Of a stretch of 64,000 bases of DNA, positions 14,838-28,203 are shown piece after piece (positions within the stretch are counted from its first letter, which is position 1; the number at the start of each line of letters is the position of its first letter). The notes under the pieces are model-generated. The model saw only the letters and a list, made by a program, of their open reading frames with translations. It was not told where the DNA came from and did no database searches. The stretch comes from Balanoglossus misakiensis (taxonomy: Eukaryota; Animalia; Hemichordata). The translations under genes and the position numbers were made by a program. The stretch spans positions 4,409,125-4,473,124 of the forward strand of contig CM082586.2 of the NCBI GenBank assembly GCA_040954595.2. The letters are read 5' to 3'.

Positions 14838-15524
14838 TGTGAACTAAGCTCGTTAAGGTGGAGAAATGCCACATCCAAATGAGGCATCTACAAGTATTTC
14901 TTTTGGGGAACAGTCTTCACATGTATGTCAATCCGATAGTAATGAGGCGTCTTTCAAATTCATTTGTCACGTTTTGTGATCATGGATCTGATAATAATAA
15001 TAATAATCCACATTACTTTCCTTCTTTCAGGGGAAGACAGGAAAATCAAACTGTGGGATCTAGGTAGTGGGAAATTACTGAAAGAGCTGAGGGGACACGC
15101 CGACACTGTTTGTAGTCTGAGTTTTAGCAATGACAGCACCATGCTTGCATCCGGTGGATTGGACAATACCATCCGGATCTGGGACGCCCGACAGTCGCTT
15201 GGTTCTAGTCAGTAAGTATGGAATTTTCTAAAGTTCCTATCACAGGCGTGGCCATCGAAGGAATATGTTGGTTCACCTGTAGAAACCTGAGCTTATAATT
15301 CGCTTTAAGAGACAATGAGGGTGTGTAATGGCTGTGTAGTGATACAATGATAGTCTTATGCAACCTAATACTACGTGTGTTTCTTTCTGTTCACTTGCAG
15401 ATCAGACTCCAGCACGTCCAATGAATTACTGAGTGCGTTTCCAACGAAGTCCTCAACTATACATCACGTTTCGTTTGCCTCCTGTAATTTGTTGTTAGCA
15501 TCGGGAGCTGTTGTGACTTCGTGA
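10975..15524 (+). CDS. TAF5L: TAF5-like SAGA/PCAF complex subunit (WD40 repeats), multi-exon
   Basis: The N-terminus MKRVSSEDVSTVLVNYLKKRQF resembles TAF5L (MKRV...YLKRRQ). Also LLYPLFVHLY, KVREGPPSL, GFDNSMLKLWSL and WD40 repeats (GHCGPVY, GHNRPVWD, GHADTV..DNTIRIWD). Stop TGA at 15522-15524. Confidence 0.92.
14724..14840. repeat. Pentanucleotide microsatellite (TTGTG/TTGTC)n in a TAF5L intron
   Basis: Directly visible run of ttgtg then ttgtc units. Confidence 0.9.
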
Positions 15525-16069
15525 TACAAACTTTAACACTGTCCAACCTGTCCACCTCCATGTCCTCATAGTGCTAGGAATGATCTGAGACAATATGAAA
15601 GCAACATTCTTGACATATTGTGCAATTAGTCCCCCCCCCCCCCATTGTATTTTCATAATTTTGACCGTCTTATTTTTGTCTTATGTATGTTTGTACTGCA
15701 AGTATAAATAAAACACATTGCCTATTTAAAGATAATTTGCACATTGTAATATTGTTGTTTTAGTTTTCCCAACCGGTCGAACTCTCGATATAAAATCTTG
15801 CATGCGAATATAATGCGCCTGTTCATTAGAAATCAACATAAACAAAATACAGTGGAATCTTGAACTACGGGGGCGCTATTCACAAGGCCCTAGGCGCCGC
15901 GGAGTTAATACAAGCCCAATTCTATCCATTTCTCAACCTACACAATCGTCGTTCCATGCTTATTTGCTGCGGGAGATATTCAGAAATATCAGAGTTGAAA
16001 GATCGATAAACCTATGATAAACCTAACCCATTTTCAGAAACCGTACTTTCATCACGTTTGAAGCTCCCT

Positions 16070-16214
16070 ATTGGTCGAAAATTTGTCTGCTGTTACGAAG
16101 CGACCAATCAGCTGGTGATAGCACCACCATACATGATACAGCTGATTGTGTATTGACTAAGTGGTATTGACATCTTCAGGTAGAATATTGTGATCCTTCG
16201 CCGGCATGGTGTGA
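16070..16214 (+). promoter_or_regulatory. Putative FDFT1 promoter module: two CCAAT (NF-Y) boxes and an SRE-like site
   Basis: ATTGG at 16070-16074 and CCAAT at 16104-16108 (GACCAATCAG). ATGGTGTGA at 16206-16214 is the reverse complement of TCACACCAT, matching the TCACNCCAY SREBP consensus. These lie about 90-230 bp upstream of the ATG. Confidence 0.45.
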
Positions 16215-16301
16215 AATCTTGTCCACAGTTTCGAAGTTGAACCGTGACGACCCTCCGTTTACGTTCCGAGTCTCTGTCTGGCGGTGACGGGCGCTCCGAT
16301 C

Positions 16302-19300
16302 ATGGAATTTCTCCGATCGCTGACCCATCCCGACGAGGCGTACGCTCTATTGAAATACAAACTCGGGGGATGCCATTCGGTTCTGCCTAAACTAGACTAT
16401 GTAAGTTCACTTGTTTTCATAGTTATCAGTAAGACTCCTCTGGCCTGGACGTCTGTGAAAATTTACACACATACACACACATATGATCGTATGCGGAGCT
16501 AGCTGAGCTACCCGGTGCCTGAGGGCGGCTGCATATGGTCGACGTGACTTCCGGTCAAGTACCTAGCAGGGACAGTTCAGGGGATGGAGTGATTCACCCC
16601 TGATTACAAGTTACACCCCTGCCAATTTATCAGGGGGTGGGGCCATGAAGTGCCCCTCAAAAAGACGTCACTCACATGTGAGAGATGTTACAGTCCCCCC
16701 CCCCCCCCAACCCGCCTCTGGCCAGAGTGGCACCCCCCGTACAGGTACTCTGGCAAAAGGGGACAATCACCTATGTAAGGGTGAACGTCTCAAAAAATAG
16801 TACACCAGCACTCACTGGGTCATACATCTTCAAGGTGTCTTGTCCTGGCAGCCTGATGCTCCCTTAAAACAGACAATGGGCCTACGATACAAGTGAAGAC
16901 AGCCTAGCCCTAGGCTGTTTACTTATATAGCCAGCGACATTATTCATATCATGCCTTTCACAAACACAGCCTTTTCTACCAATGGGACACACACTTATGC
17001 ATTATTCAAGCCTGGTTGCCAAATTAGCTGCCTGGCGGTCTTTGGAAATTTGCAGTCTTCAGGTTGAGATTGATGGTGATTCAAGCTGGGCAGAAGATGT
17101 GATTGCGATGTTGATCATCTTACTCTCGACCCCTCCACGAAGTTGGTGGTAATACTGAACATGCAAGTTTTCGTACGTTCCAGACAAGTTGCTCGACTCC
17201 TTTTTTCAAAGGAACAAATGCGACTTTTGTTTACGAGCGAAGTTCATAAGTCCAATCACAGAGGGTCATCATGTCAATATCTGTTTTCCAAGGTCAACTC
17301 TTGCATGGAGCCGCATTCTCAAGTTCAAGTACACCATGTGCAAACTCTGAACTTGACGTTAAGCTTCTCTACAGATCGAAAATCGGCCAAGGAGCGACAG
17401 TTTGACAGTACCACAGTTGCGTGTTGCTTATGCCCTGCTGTTTATCCACTCGCGAAACGCGACCTGCCAAGTGACGACTGGGTCAAGGTGACCTTGACTA
17501 TTATCATACGGGTCACCGTCATGCTGCCATGAACAAGAACTGCTAGTATACCATTTGGTTGGCGGGTAACTGATGTGTGAGAGTGGTACCTCAGCTGTGA
17601 TATAAAGGGTAGAAGATCTGATACGTTTTTACTAACTAGTGCGAAAGTACTTAGACCTTTGGGACATGTTTAAATTATTGTTGTGAAATAGACTCGTAAT
17701 AAATAGACACCAGTATTACCACCCTCAGACACCCAGCCCTCCCACCAGATAGTGGTACAGTCTGACTTTCTGGCCAGTGCAGTGGTAGCACAATTGATGG
17801 GCTCTGACTTAGTATTAAAACACTAATAACAGGCCAGGTCACGACGTCTTCAAAAGATTTGCACAATGGAACTAAACAGAGCTGTGTTCCATTATGATCT
17901 AGGACACGGTCACCCGACCTTGCCTCTGTACGTGTAACAACTAACATGCTTAGGGTTATCTGAGGGTTGCCTTTCTTGCAATACATGTCTAACTTTTTAT
18001 GTTCTGCATACTAGTATTTATAAAGCATCTAAATAAGCAGTTAGTCACTTAGTGATATCTAAAAGTACTTTCGAATTTACAGGCTGCAATGACACCAACA
18101 GCGAAGCAGTGTTACAAGTATCTGAATCTAACCAGTAGAAGTTTTGCTGCAGTCATTCAAGCACTAGATGGCGATTTGAGGTAATTATGACAATTTCTCC
18201 AGTGTAGATTTCCCTATGTAGACTAAGAGGTCCAGCCTGTACAACCATGAAATAACATTCATACACATGTGGCTAATTTCATCAGTCCGACACTCAAATT
18301 TTGCTGTACAATTATTCCAAAGGCATGCTGTATGTATATTCTACCTGGTGTTGAGGGCATTGGATACAGTGGAAGATGACATGACCATACCGCTGGAGAA
18401 GAAAATACCGATGTTGAAGGAGTTTCACAAGAACCTGTACAGGCCGGATTGGAAATTCATGGAAAGCAACGAAAAGGACAAAGTGGTTCTGGAAGATTTC
18501 CCAACTGTGAGTGCCGATATTTGCATCATTGCACATCTTAACCCTTTCATTACCATAGTTTTGCGAAATCCTGTTGTTTTCTATGGCAAAGATGGACCCT
18601 CTATGTAATGGGGGTGAAAGGGTTAAACTTAATGGGGGGGGGGGGGGGGTTCAGTCTGGCTGATTTTAACATATGTGATATCTCCAGCTTGGTAATTCAG
18701 GAAAAAGCACTGAAGGCTGTGTTTCTTCTGTTTGTAGATTTCAACAGAGTTCAGAGCGTTGGCACCCGTCTACCAAGATGTTATCGGCGATATCTGTAAA
18801 CGTATGGGATCGGGAATGACTGTCTTCATGGAGAGAGAAGTCAGCACGAATGAAGACTGGGACGAGGTAGGCATTTGATCCTGCCTTGGAGGTTGAGCAC
18901 GACATGAATGAAACTTTAAATTTTAAATATAGTGAATATTTGATTCCTTTATTTTTCCTCAGTACTGTCATTACGTTGCCGGTCTTGTTGGCATCGGTTT
19001 GTCCAGACTGTTTTCCGCGTCCAAATTAGAAAGCAAAATAGTCGGAGAAGATACTTACCTGGCCAATTCCATGGGATTATTCCTGCAGAAGACGAACATT
19101 ATCCGGGACTATCTGGAAGATATCATTGACGGTCGGAAATTCTGGCCAAGAGAGGTACTTTATTTTTTGAGTTACTATGGTTGTAATTACAGTGAAAAAT
19201 ATGCTGTTCAAAAGGATCTGCTAATTACTATGATTTGACATATGTTGTTTTTTTCACAGACTTGGGGCAAATATGGCAAGAAACTGGAAGATCTCAAAGA

Positions 19301-20252
19301 GAAGAAGAATTTCAAAGACTCTGTGAGCTGCTTGAATGATTTAGTAACCAACGCGTTACATCACGTACCTGATGTACTGAAATACATGTCCAGAATTCAG
19401 AATCAGAGCGTCTTCAACTTTTGTGCAATACCTCAGGTCAGTGTCCTTGCAATAAAATTGTGATTGAGAGACAAAAATTTGCTGGTACCCTCAATGATAG
19501 CTATATTTGTATGCCAATGGATTGAGTGCCCCGGGGTGTAAAATCCAAACTGATTGAAACTAAGCTATCCGTTATCCACTGTATCAGTGAAAGTACATTG
19601 TATTCATCAACTTTGTGTTCCTTTCTGTAGGTGATGGCCATAGCGACGCTAGAAAGGTGCTACAATAATGAGAATGTATTTACAAGTGTTGTGAAGATCA
19701 GGAAGGGTCAAGCAGTCAGTCTGATCATGGAAGCTACTAGCATGAACAATATCAAGAAGATTATGCATAATTATGCTTTAGAGGTTTGTAGACATGGAAT
19801 TGCTTTTTCTTGTGTACGGCTAATACCATGCTAAGATGTCCAGTATGTTCCTTGTCAGTCAATCATGTAACGACCATTGCTATGATTCACAAATGATTGA
19901 AGTCTGCTCTTAAAATTAATCGGCAATATGAAACTGCAATCTGAACATATACCAAGTGATTTACGATGTGTAGGGGGAATACTAGTAAAACAAAGAAATA
20001 TTATCATCTCATGACCAGGATTAATGATATTCATTATCTCCTCTTCAGATCCAGAAAAGGATTCCATCAGGCGAACCAACAGCGGATGAGACACGGAAGA
20101 TTACGGAAACAATCCTGGAATTGAGCGAGACGGATAAAGACAGCAGTTGTAATTTGTATTTGCCGCTGTGTGTGTCGGGAGCCATGATGCTGTCGGCCGT
20201 AGTCTACCAATACTGGACAAATATCGCACAGATCTATGAGCAGTACTTGTAA
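16302..20252 (+). CDS. FDFT1: Squalene synthase (farnesyl-diphosphate farnesyltransferase)
   Basis: Motifs [57 protein letters not shown] and FCAIPQVMAIATL, plus a C-terminal hydrophobic anchor. ATG at 16302, TAA at 20250-20252. Confidence 0.97.
18542..18622. mobile_element. Short piggyBac-like MITE (81 bp) with TTAA target-site duplication, copy 2, in an FDFT1 intron
   Basis: TTAA(18538-18541)|CCCTTTCA...TGAAAGGG|TTAA(18623-18626). Homologous to the 3-87 element in the opposite orientation. Confidence 0.7.
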
Positions 20253-22312
20253 TGGTGTAGCTGTGCCAGCCACTTCGATCTCTTAACTTAGCCGCTTCGA
20301 TCTGTCAACCCAGCTGATATGTCACATCAGCAGCCGATATGCCTAGATCAATGTAAAATTAACATACTCACTGATGGACATTGCCTTAGACTGCAGTTTT
20401 GTCCCTCAACATATGTTTTCACATCATGCGACGATCACATGACCAATAACGCTGCTTGCTGCCAATCCCACTTGATCAGAAAGTGTAAAAACGACAGAAA
20501 AACTAATGCGTTGTGGATTTTTCAACAGTTGCCCAGCATTATGTATACATATATATATACATTTGCCCCATATTCAATGTATTTGGAAGAAAAATACGTA
20601 CAAATGAGAATATCTTTAGACTGTAAACCCTTGGCAGCTACAAGCTATTTGACAAATATATTTGACGAATTCATTTCTTAATCTGTTGACAATCAGAACA
20701 ACAAGTGTGGATCCCTGCATCTCCCAAAAATACTGAAAAAAGTAGAAATATTTAATATTTATGTTTGGCAACATATTTAAATCTCTGATGACTTCTTGTC
20801 GTTCCAGTGGCAGGTATAGTGTGTTGGCAAAATTTGGATGAAATTTATTTTATTGAACAAGAAATGCTGCTTGATTGATTGATTTTTTTACAGAGCACTT
20901 CTTAATTTTTATTTACAAACATTTGTATTTTGTAAAATTTCTTTCCCAATTGGAATCTTGATGGGCATTATTACACACCACAGAGGGCACTCTTCAGAAA
21001 TTTGAAGAAAGTCGGTAAAATTGTTTAAGTTTACTGGTAAGTTATTGCCAGTGTTCTATATATTGAATTAAAATTCATCTGTGACGCACTGATTCTTCTA
21101 ACATGTATCCTGTTTATGGAATTGGATTTCTTCTGGAGTTGTCTGTTCTTTTATAGGTGGGTGATTGATTTATGCTTCAATACTTTTTAATCAACCATAA
21201 TACTTGGTATTTTTTTACCCCTCACCTTGAACCTTTTTCTTTGTTTTTTTTTTCAAAGTGAAACGAAACTCATGTCTGAGTTTTATTGTAGAGAGTATGC
21301 TTTGCCGAAAGTCAAACCATATTGAAAACTACCCCTGCCTGTTGTTGCTTTGTATTCTTCTCTGTATATTGTGTTCAGCTGTGATCTGATAAGTCCAATA
21401 AATCTGCACTGAATCATGGGAAGGCTTAATTAGATTCAATTCTGATGTGTCTGTTTTGTGTAGTCCAACATGACCAGGAGATATAAATGTATTTTTGTAT
21501 GCACTGCACGGAGACATTTTGATGGGCACAAGCGTTAAGCTAATGGGATACACCAGCATGACAAATTCTGTACCTCGAGTTGTATATCGCCATTCATTAA
21601 ATCATCTTATTTCCATAAAAGTTTCAAAATTTACACATCTGTACACAATAAATACATTACAAAGGCATACACCTTACCAGGAAAATATTCGTCTGCAGAA
21701 TATTTCCTTTGATATATATGCACCCATTCCCAAGAAAACGAATAATTGAGAACTAGTGCCCATTTGAATAATGCAGCTATGGGACGCCCACACCCCTGAC
21801 CTACTAATCTTGTCACGAACAAGTATTAGTAACGAAACACTATATCTTCTGTAGAAATACTTTCATGGTTTCAAGCCTGGTATGTTACCTTTTCATCTGA
21901 TGATTTGCACATCGTACGTACACGTATATCAAAATATTTGTGTGAACTAATTCACTTTTTATCGAAGGGAATTAAACTAAATTTACCCAGATCTTTCGCA
22001 CTTCAATGTGTTGCAGTTATATACTAATTTCCCTGAAATTCGATTATATTAGTGGAAAGCCCGAAAAGGATGCACTGACCTCGCCGAATGTCGCCGCAAA
22101 TCGTCGTAAACCTCGACCTCTTTACGGCAACAGTGTCATGCAGCCCCATATGGCTCAAACATTCAACGCAGGTATAGGAAATAACTAACTGCATATGATA
22201 CCCATGCAAATGGTTAAACGTTCAGATATTCCTGAAAGAACTTACAGAATCGACCCCTACTTTTCAATAACGCACAGCTGCGTGTAATATTTTTCTCTGG
22301 TAATAAAATCAC

Positions 22313-24414
22313 TTAAATATTACTAGTATAAATTGTACTGACTGTCTTCGAAGTGGATAAGTGGCTATCACGGATTGTATATTTTAGCCATATTGCAACC
22401 TGTATCAACCCGGAGACGAACGGCACCAGCCAGGCTATTGTGAACATGACAAATCGCAACTGGTTGAGAATCTCCGGGTCGTAGCTCTGTCCCGAGCGCA
22501 CTTCCTCGAACCCGTTGCTGTTCAACAAAGCGACGACCAGGATCGGTGCAATTGACTGGGCCGGTTTGATGATCACGGCGTTGGCAGCGAAGAACATGGA
22601 CGACAGAGGGTTTCTGAAAAGGTGGTAGAAAAGCTGGGTGTAAATCTTAAGTGTCGGACTCCTACGGCAGGAGACCCGTACTTACTAAAGTACCAATAGT
22701 CAATGAGATCCTTACCAAATTTTACTGAGACAGACAGAAAGGCAGACAGAGAGACGGACAGAGACCGACAGATATAGACGACAGAGCTAGAGAGACATAC
22801 TAGATATCATCAAATCAAATTCGAAAGGTATACTAACGACCGTTGTTTAAATCACGCCATTACTACTATACTCACACTCTCTTATTTCGCTCCATGTCGG
22901 CGTCGATATTGTCTGATAGCAGCAAGTTGAAAATCTTTGAGGTTGCCATCGGTAGAGAACTGAAACAAGGAGAGCGGTCCAGTGATATCGTTAAAAAGTC
23001 TATTACCTGTACTGAACTTTCGATCCATTTTTTTGTATTTTCCTTATCAAGCACAGAGACATTTATCATTAAGAGATTACTTGTGTGCATTGTAAAACCC
23101 GTGTTTAAGACATTCTGTAGCGTGTAGCTGATAAAATAATAACTTGAATGCTTACGTGTCCAGTACGAAAAATATCATCATAAACAATGGATGGGCTTCG
23201 GAAAGGTAGAGCAGAATTGATGTGAAAATCTTAACACAGAAGAGCAACAGGTAGGTCCTATAGCCCCCTAGCTTCTCGATAAATGGCGCGCCTATAATTA
23301 CAAACAACTGCAAGATTTGAAAAGGTAAGTTAGTTTCTCAGTGTCGAAGTAAGTGGTCGATAACATTAAAAAGTGAGTCGGAATGGATCGTCATACAACA
23401 TGTAAATTCATTTTGACCATAAGTCGGGACCATGAGATGATAAAAGTTATAGGTTGGTGGAATCGATGGTATCGATATTTTGTTTGTGTGTGGACTTAAA
23501 AATATCTAGAGCGACTGAAAGTTTGATTAATTTGAACTTACTTGCGGTAGAAGAAATATTGATCCGTAGAGCGCCTTACGGAGAGTGTCCGAGACAAAGG
23601 ATGGGGGTATAAGAGCGTCGGCAAATATACTCAGAAAATTCCGACCAAACGTTATGTGGAGTTCGGTGATAAAATTAACAATAATTAGAATAACAACGTT
23701 TCGCTGAGAGAAAATCTGCTGATAAAGTGTCCAAATGGATGTTCTTTCGTTATCCAGGAGGATATCTCTGTCCCAGACACGGTCATTGTCTGCCGGGGAC
23801 TCGTACTCGCTCTTCAGGGCTTTGGTGGCGATGTGCATCGAGAGCCAGGCCAGCAACGCCACCATGATGGCCAGCCCTTGGAACCTGCGGAAGTTCTCGA
23901 AATTGTTGGAGACCATCTCCGCCCACAGCACGGCGCTGGAGCCGATCAGCGAGGCTACCTGGCAGTACTTGGTGAGGCGGAGCCGCTCGTCGTGGCGGAA
24001 CGAGATCTCGGCGTAGAGAGCGCAGTGGGCTAGAAGGACGAACGTCAGCGCGGTGTCGTACAGGCACAGCGACACGATCAGATGCAAGCCGGCCAACCAT
24101 TGGTTGTCCTCGTAGTCTCCCCAGGGGAACCATGGCAACACGAAGCTGATCGCGAGGAAGGGTGCCCCATATAAAATAGCTAACCTGCGACGGTGAAATA
24201 TAGCGAGAGCCGAGGTGTCCTGAATGTATGCAATGAGCGGGTCGTTCAGCGAACTCCAAAGCAGGTAGATAGTCTCTGCAATCGTAAACCAGTGCTGGGA
24301 AATCTTGTATGTGTTTAAAAACAAATTCACGTAATAAAATGTGAATAACGAGTTCATCATACTCAGAGCGAACTGGATGAGAGAGAACGAGAACGCGTTA
24401 TAGTGGACCTTCAT
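22313..24414 (-). CDS. MFSD13A/TMEM180-like MFS transporter, paralog 1 (4 coding exons)
   Basis: Exons 24414-23542, 23307-23156, 22959-22876 and 22613-22313. Motifs FYYVNLFLNTYKI, LWSSLNDPL, LCLYD and KPAQSIAPIL are typical of TMEM180. Confidence 0.88.
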
Positions 24415-25422
24415 TTTCAATATTGTCAACTGTCAACTTTCTTGTGTCAGAAGAAGGAACCTAATTGTCTACAAAATCGGTGAGGAGCTGGCCGATCCCC
24501 GAAACCTGTGGGAGATAAAAAGATAATAAGAGCATTTTTTCGCCAGGAGAAGCGACTCGTTATGCGTGATTATAGTGTGAACATTCAGTAGTGACGTATG
24601 ATTTTCGTCTATGTATGATCGTGAAATTTGGGAAATTTATTAAACTGGTATATTCCGCTGTCGAATGGAAATGGCAAATATTGAGGGTACCGCAGTGACG
24701 TACTATAGTGTACCTTTGTCGCGAGGTCGAGCAATTTAACCCCTAATATTCGTAGACAGTCGACATGCCAACAGTTTAATTCATAGCCGCCACCACTTAG
24801 ATCGAACACGAAAAAATGACATTTCTATAATAAACGGCCATGTTTCGCAACAAAATCAACTTCACTCACCGACAATACTGGGTTTGTGTTCAGCCGCGTA
24901 TGTCACTCGTCCGGGCCATCTTCCCCGCTTTGTTCATGTGCGGTGATTTTTTTTCTGGGGAGTTTCAGGGCTTTTGCTCAGGCTATACGTGTTAGCCTGC
25001 AAACGTGGCAACAATGATATGTGTTGCCAGTCAGCGTATACGGAACACTGAAAAAACCGGCGGAGATGGTCATAATCCTATGACAAATCGTATGCAAATG
25101 AGCAAATCTGCGCCAGCTTGTGTTTTAATAGCGTGGTCACCATCTGATTTGAAATATCACATGACATAGTAGTGTCACATGCGCTCTCTCCACGGATATG
25201 CATGAGCATGTACTTCCGCAAGCGTACATAAAATTTGCATGCGTAATTTCGGTGATTTTGTCATTTTCGGACATTTTTCATGAAAGCAGCCAATTACAGA
25301 AAGATGGATTTGTACAAAACTTGATAAAAACATAAAACGAAGAACCTTTTTTGTCTATATTTTGTGTTTTCTTGTATTTTTTATGGCAATGTGTTCTGAA
25401 TAGATACAGTTACACAGTAGTT

Positions 25423-27501
25423 TTACTGGCCTCCTTTCTTGGTTGTCAAGTGACTGTCTCGCAGAGTATACTGCGTCCATAGCAACGACTGCACGACTCC
25501 CAGGACAAAGGGCAAGATACATAAAACATTAAACATCCCATCATGCAAATGGTCGATGACGTTCTGCTCAGGGTGCGCCCTCAGTTGATCGTATCCTTTG
25601 TTTTTCAAGATGGCGACGACCAGCATGGGCGCAAATGACTGGGCTGGTTTAACGACAAAGGCGTTCATTCCGAAGAACATGGACGATAAGGGAGACCTAT
25701 ATATAGGTGAAACAAAAGTGGAACAAAACGTGAACATAATACTGTAGGGATGTGCAATCAGCAAAATGGAATATATTGTAATTTCTTTTAATTGTGGATG
25801 TTTGGATTTTTATGAGAAGAGCTTAGTTTTGAAATACAAGGCCGTGAATTTAGTCGAGAATTAAAAAAACCCGCTGAGAATCAAATGAACGATTCACTTA
25901 CTTTCTTTTGTATATCTTCATATCGTTGTCAATACAATCTGACATTTGGATGTTTAGAAAGCACGTTGTAGCTAATGGAAAGGCTCTGAAATCAGAGAAT
26001 TGAAATACATACAAGTCAAATTCACTATTTAAAAATTATTTTTAATGTATCATAACATATTATTCAAAGGAAAATATCGCCACTTTTCCACTCCTTTTCG
26101 TTACGTGTGACGTAACACATTACGTGTACTGAATACAAATAGCTACACTCACAATTGGCGGCGTCATTCAGAATACATCTGAGACAATTTCTTTAAATTA
26201 ATGCCAGGTTCAGTCTGTGATGTGTTACTACGTTTATCAGATGACTGGAAACGACTAGAACGCTTATACCCGACTCACGTGTCAATTAGGAAGAATGTAG
26301 CCATCAACCAAGTATGTGTTGGTCCAGCTATGTACATGGCAAGCGAGCTGACTGTCTTGATGTAGAAAGCAAGCCGATACACCTGGTAGGCGCCATATTG
26401 CTGTACAAAGGGACTCAATACCAGTACAACAAACTGCAACGAAACGAAATTTGCATAATTTAATTTTAAAACTCGACCGTGAACAGATCATTTACGGTAG
26501 TATTTTTTATCACATATGGTTGTATGCAGCTTTCTATCCCCGTTTCACCAAATACATAAATATTGACAAGCAAGCAAGCCCGATAGACGAACAGAGACAC
26601 ATACCTGAGGCAGAACAAACACAGACCCATAAAGTAGTTTTCTGGTGAAAGGTGAAAGGTCATCTCCTGGGATTAATTCGTCTGCAAATATCCTCAGAAA
26701 ATTTCTCCCGTACGTAGTATGAAACTCTGTGCAAAAGTTCACTGTCACCAAAATGAAAACATTCACTTGACTTATGATTTGCCAGTATTCTTTAAGAATG
26801 GACTGTGTGTTCTCATTGGTCAGTTCATCTGTCGTCGTCTTCGCCTTTTCCGGGTCGGCCATCTTGGTTTCTACGGTAACCATATCGTACTCACTCTTTG
26901 CATTCTTTCCGGTGTATCTCATTGACAACCAGCTTAGTAAAGCTATGGCGACACAAGTCAATTGAAAATTTTTGTAATTGCTCAAACTGTCAGAGAAAAG
27001 CTCACACCAGAAAACCGATGAAGAGCCTATTATCGATGCAATTACACTGTATCGCGTCAAGCGCAGACGATCTTCATGGTGGTGCGACATCTCGGTATAC
27101 AGGGCGCACATCGCCAGACCAATGAAAGTGTACATTGCGTCGTACAGAAACAGCGATGCAAACAAGTGGACGCCTATCAACCAATCGTTTTCCTGGTATT
27201 GTATCCACGGAAACCAGGGTAGCAGAAAAAAAATAGTCATTATCGGAGCACCGTAGAGAACGGAATACCTTCTTTTTTGGAAAATAGCCAAATTTGAATT
27301 GTCTTGGAAATATGCAAATAAAGGGTCGTTTACCGCGTTCCAAAGCATATATATAAACTGCGCAATGTTGAACGAGTTTTGAGAAATTTTGTACCTGTTT
27401 AGAAATATATCGATATAGTAGAATGTAAAAACGGAGTTCATCAATTTGAAGGCGAATTCCGATGTTGCGTATGCGAATGCATTCTTGTTGCAGAACGCCA
27501 T
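25423..27501 (-). CDS. MFSD13A/TMEM180-like MFS transporter, paralog 2
   Basis: ATG at 27501 (MAFCNKNAFAY). Motifs FYYIDIFLNRYKI, LWNAVNDPLF and KPAQSFAPML. Same 4-exon layout as paralog 1. Stop at 25425-25423. Confidence 0.88.
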
Positions 27502-27971
27502 CTTGATTCTTGAGTCTGAGGTCCAGTCACGTGTGTGTGGGGTGACGGTGGTCAATATCAACCACTTCTTGATGTCATTTAGCTGGCCGTTTGCAGACTT
27601 GTATCACAATTAGGTCTGTCCTGTTGAAGATTAACCATTAGAAATGTAAACAATACCTCGAAAACAGTGCTTCAATCACGCCATGCTGACCGTGAGGACA
27701 ACCTCTGACCATGTGATAAGAAGAAAAGGACTGCCAACACCAACTTTTTCCCCCATCGGGACGTACCAGACACACCAGAACCCGCACTTGTAACTCCGCG
27801 CACGAAGGCACGTTAACGTTATACAATGAAATGTCTGACCTTTGATCAATGGCATATTCTAATTTTCAAACAGAAATACAAAGCCACGAGAATGAAAAGG
27901 TTGCAGACGAACATATGGGGGAAAGTGACGTCAGATTATTAGACAAGATAATGAGTGCGTGCATAATTTAA

Positions 27972-28203
27972 AGGGAAGCACGCGGTCGTCGCGCCGCATT
28001 TGTTTGTTTATAACCATTACAATTCATCCACAAATCCCTGAAGTCAGATAATTCTAGAATGAACGAAGCAGCCAACCGTAGCAAAGACTAGGCAACTGAA
28101 GATCCTAGTAGGTCGTGGTGACTGCAGTGGGGTTCGCGCTGGTATGGGAGGACATGTTCCCATAAAGGGGGTCACCCATGCCATGCGCGACGACCGCTTC
28201 CCT
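27972..28203. mobile_element. Kolobok-like MITE (232 bp) with TTAA target-site duplication
   Basis: TTAA|AGGGAAGC(ACGC)GGTCGTCGCGC ... GCGCGACGACCGCTTCCCT|TTAA. Purine-initiated TIRs with TTAA duplication are typical of Kolobok elements. Confidence 0.65.

Noticed and set aside
23735-24259. Overlapping alternative-frame and antisense ORFs in MFSD13A paralog 1
   Set aside because: They are explained by stop-codon scarcity in the GC-rich patch.
24930-25185. Clustered CACATG E-boxes and an octamer upstream of MFSD13A paralog 1 (CLEAR/MiT-TFE-like)
   Set aside because: Short motifs that also occur elsewhere in the window; not distinguishable from chance without conservation data.
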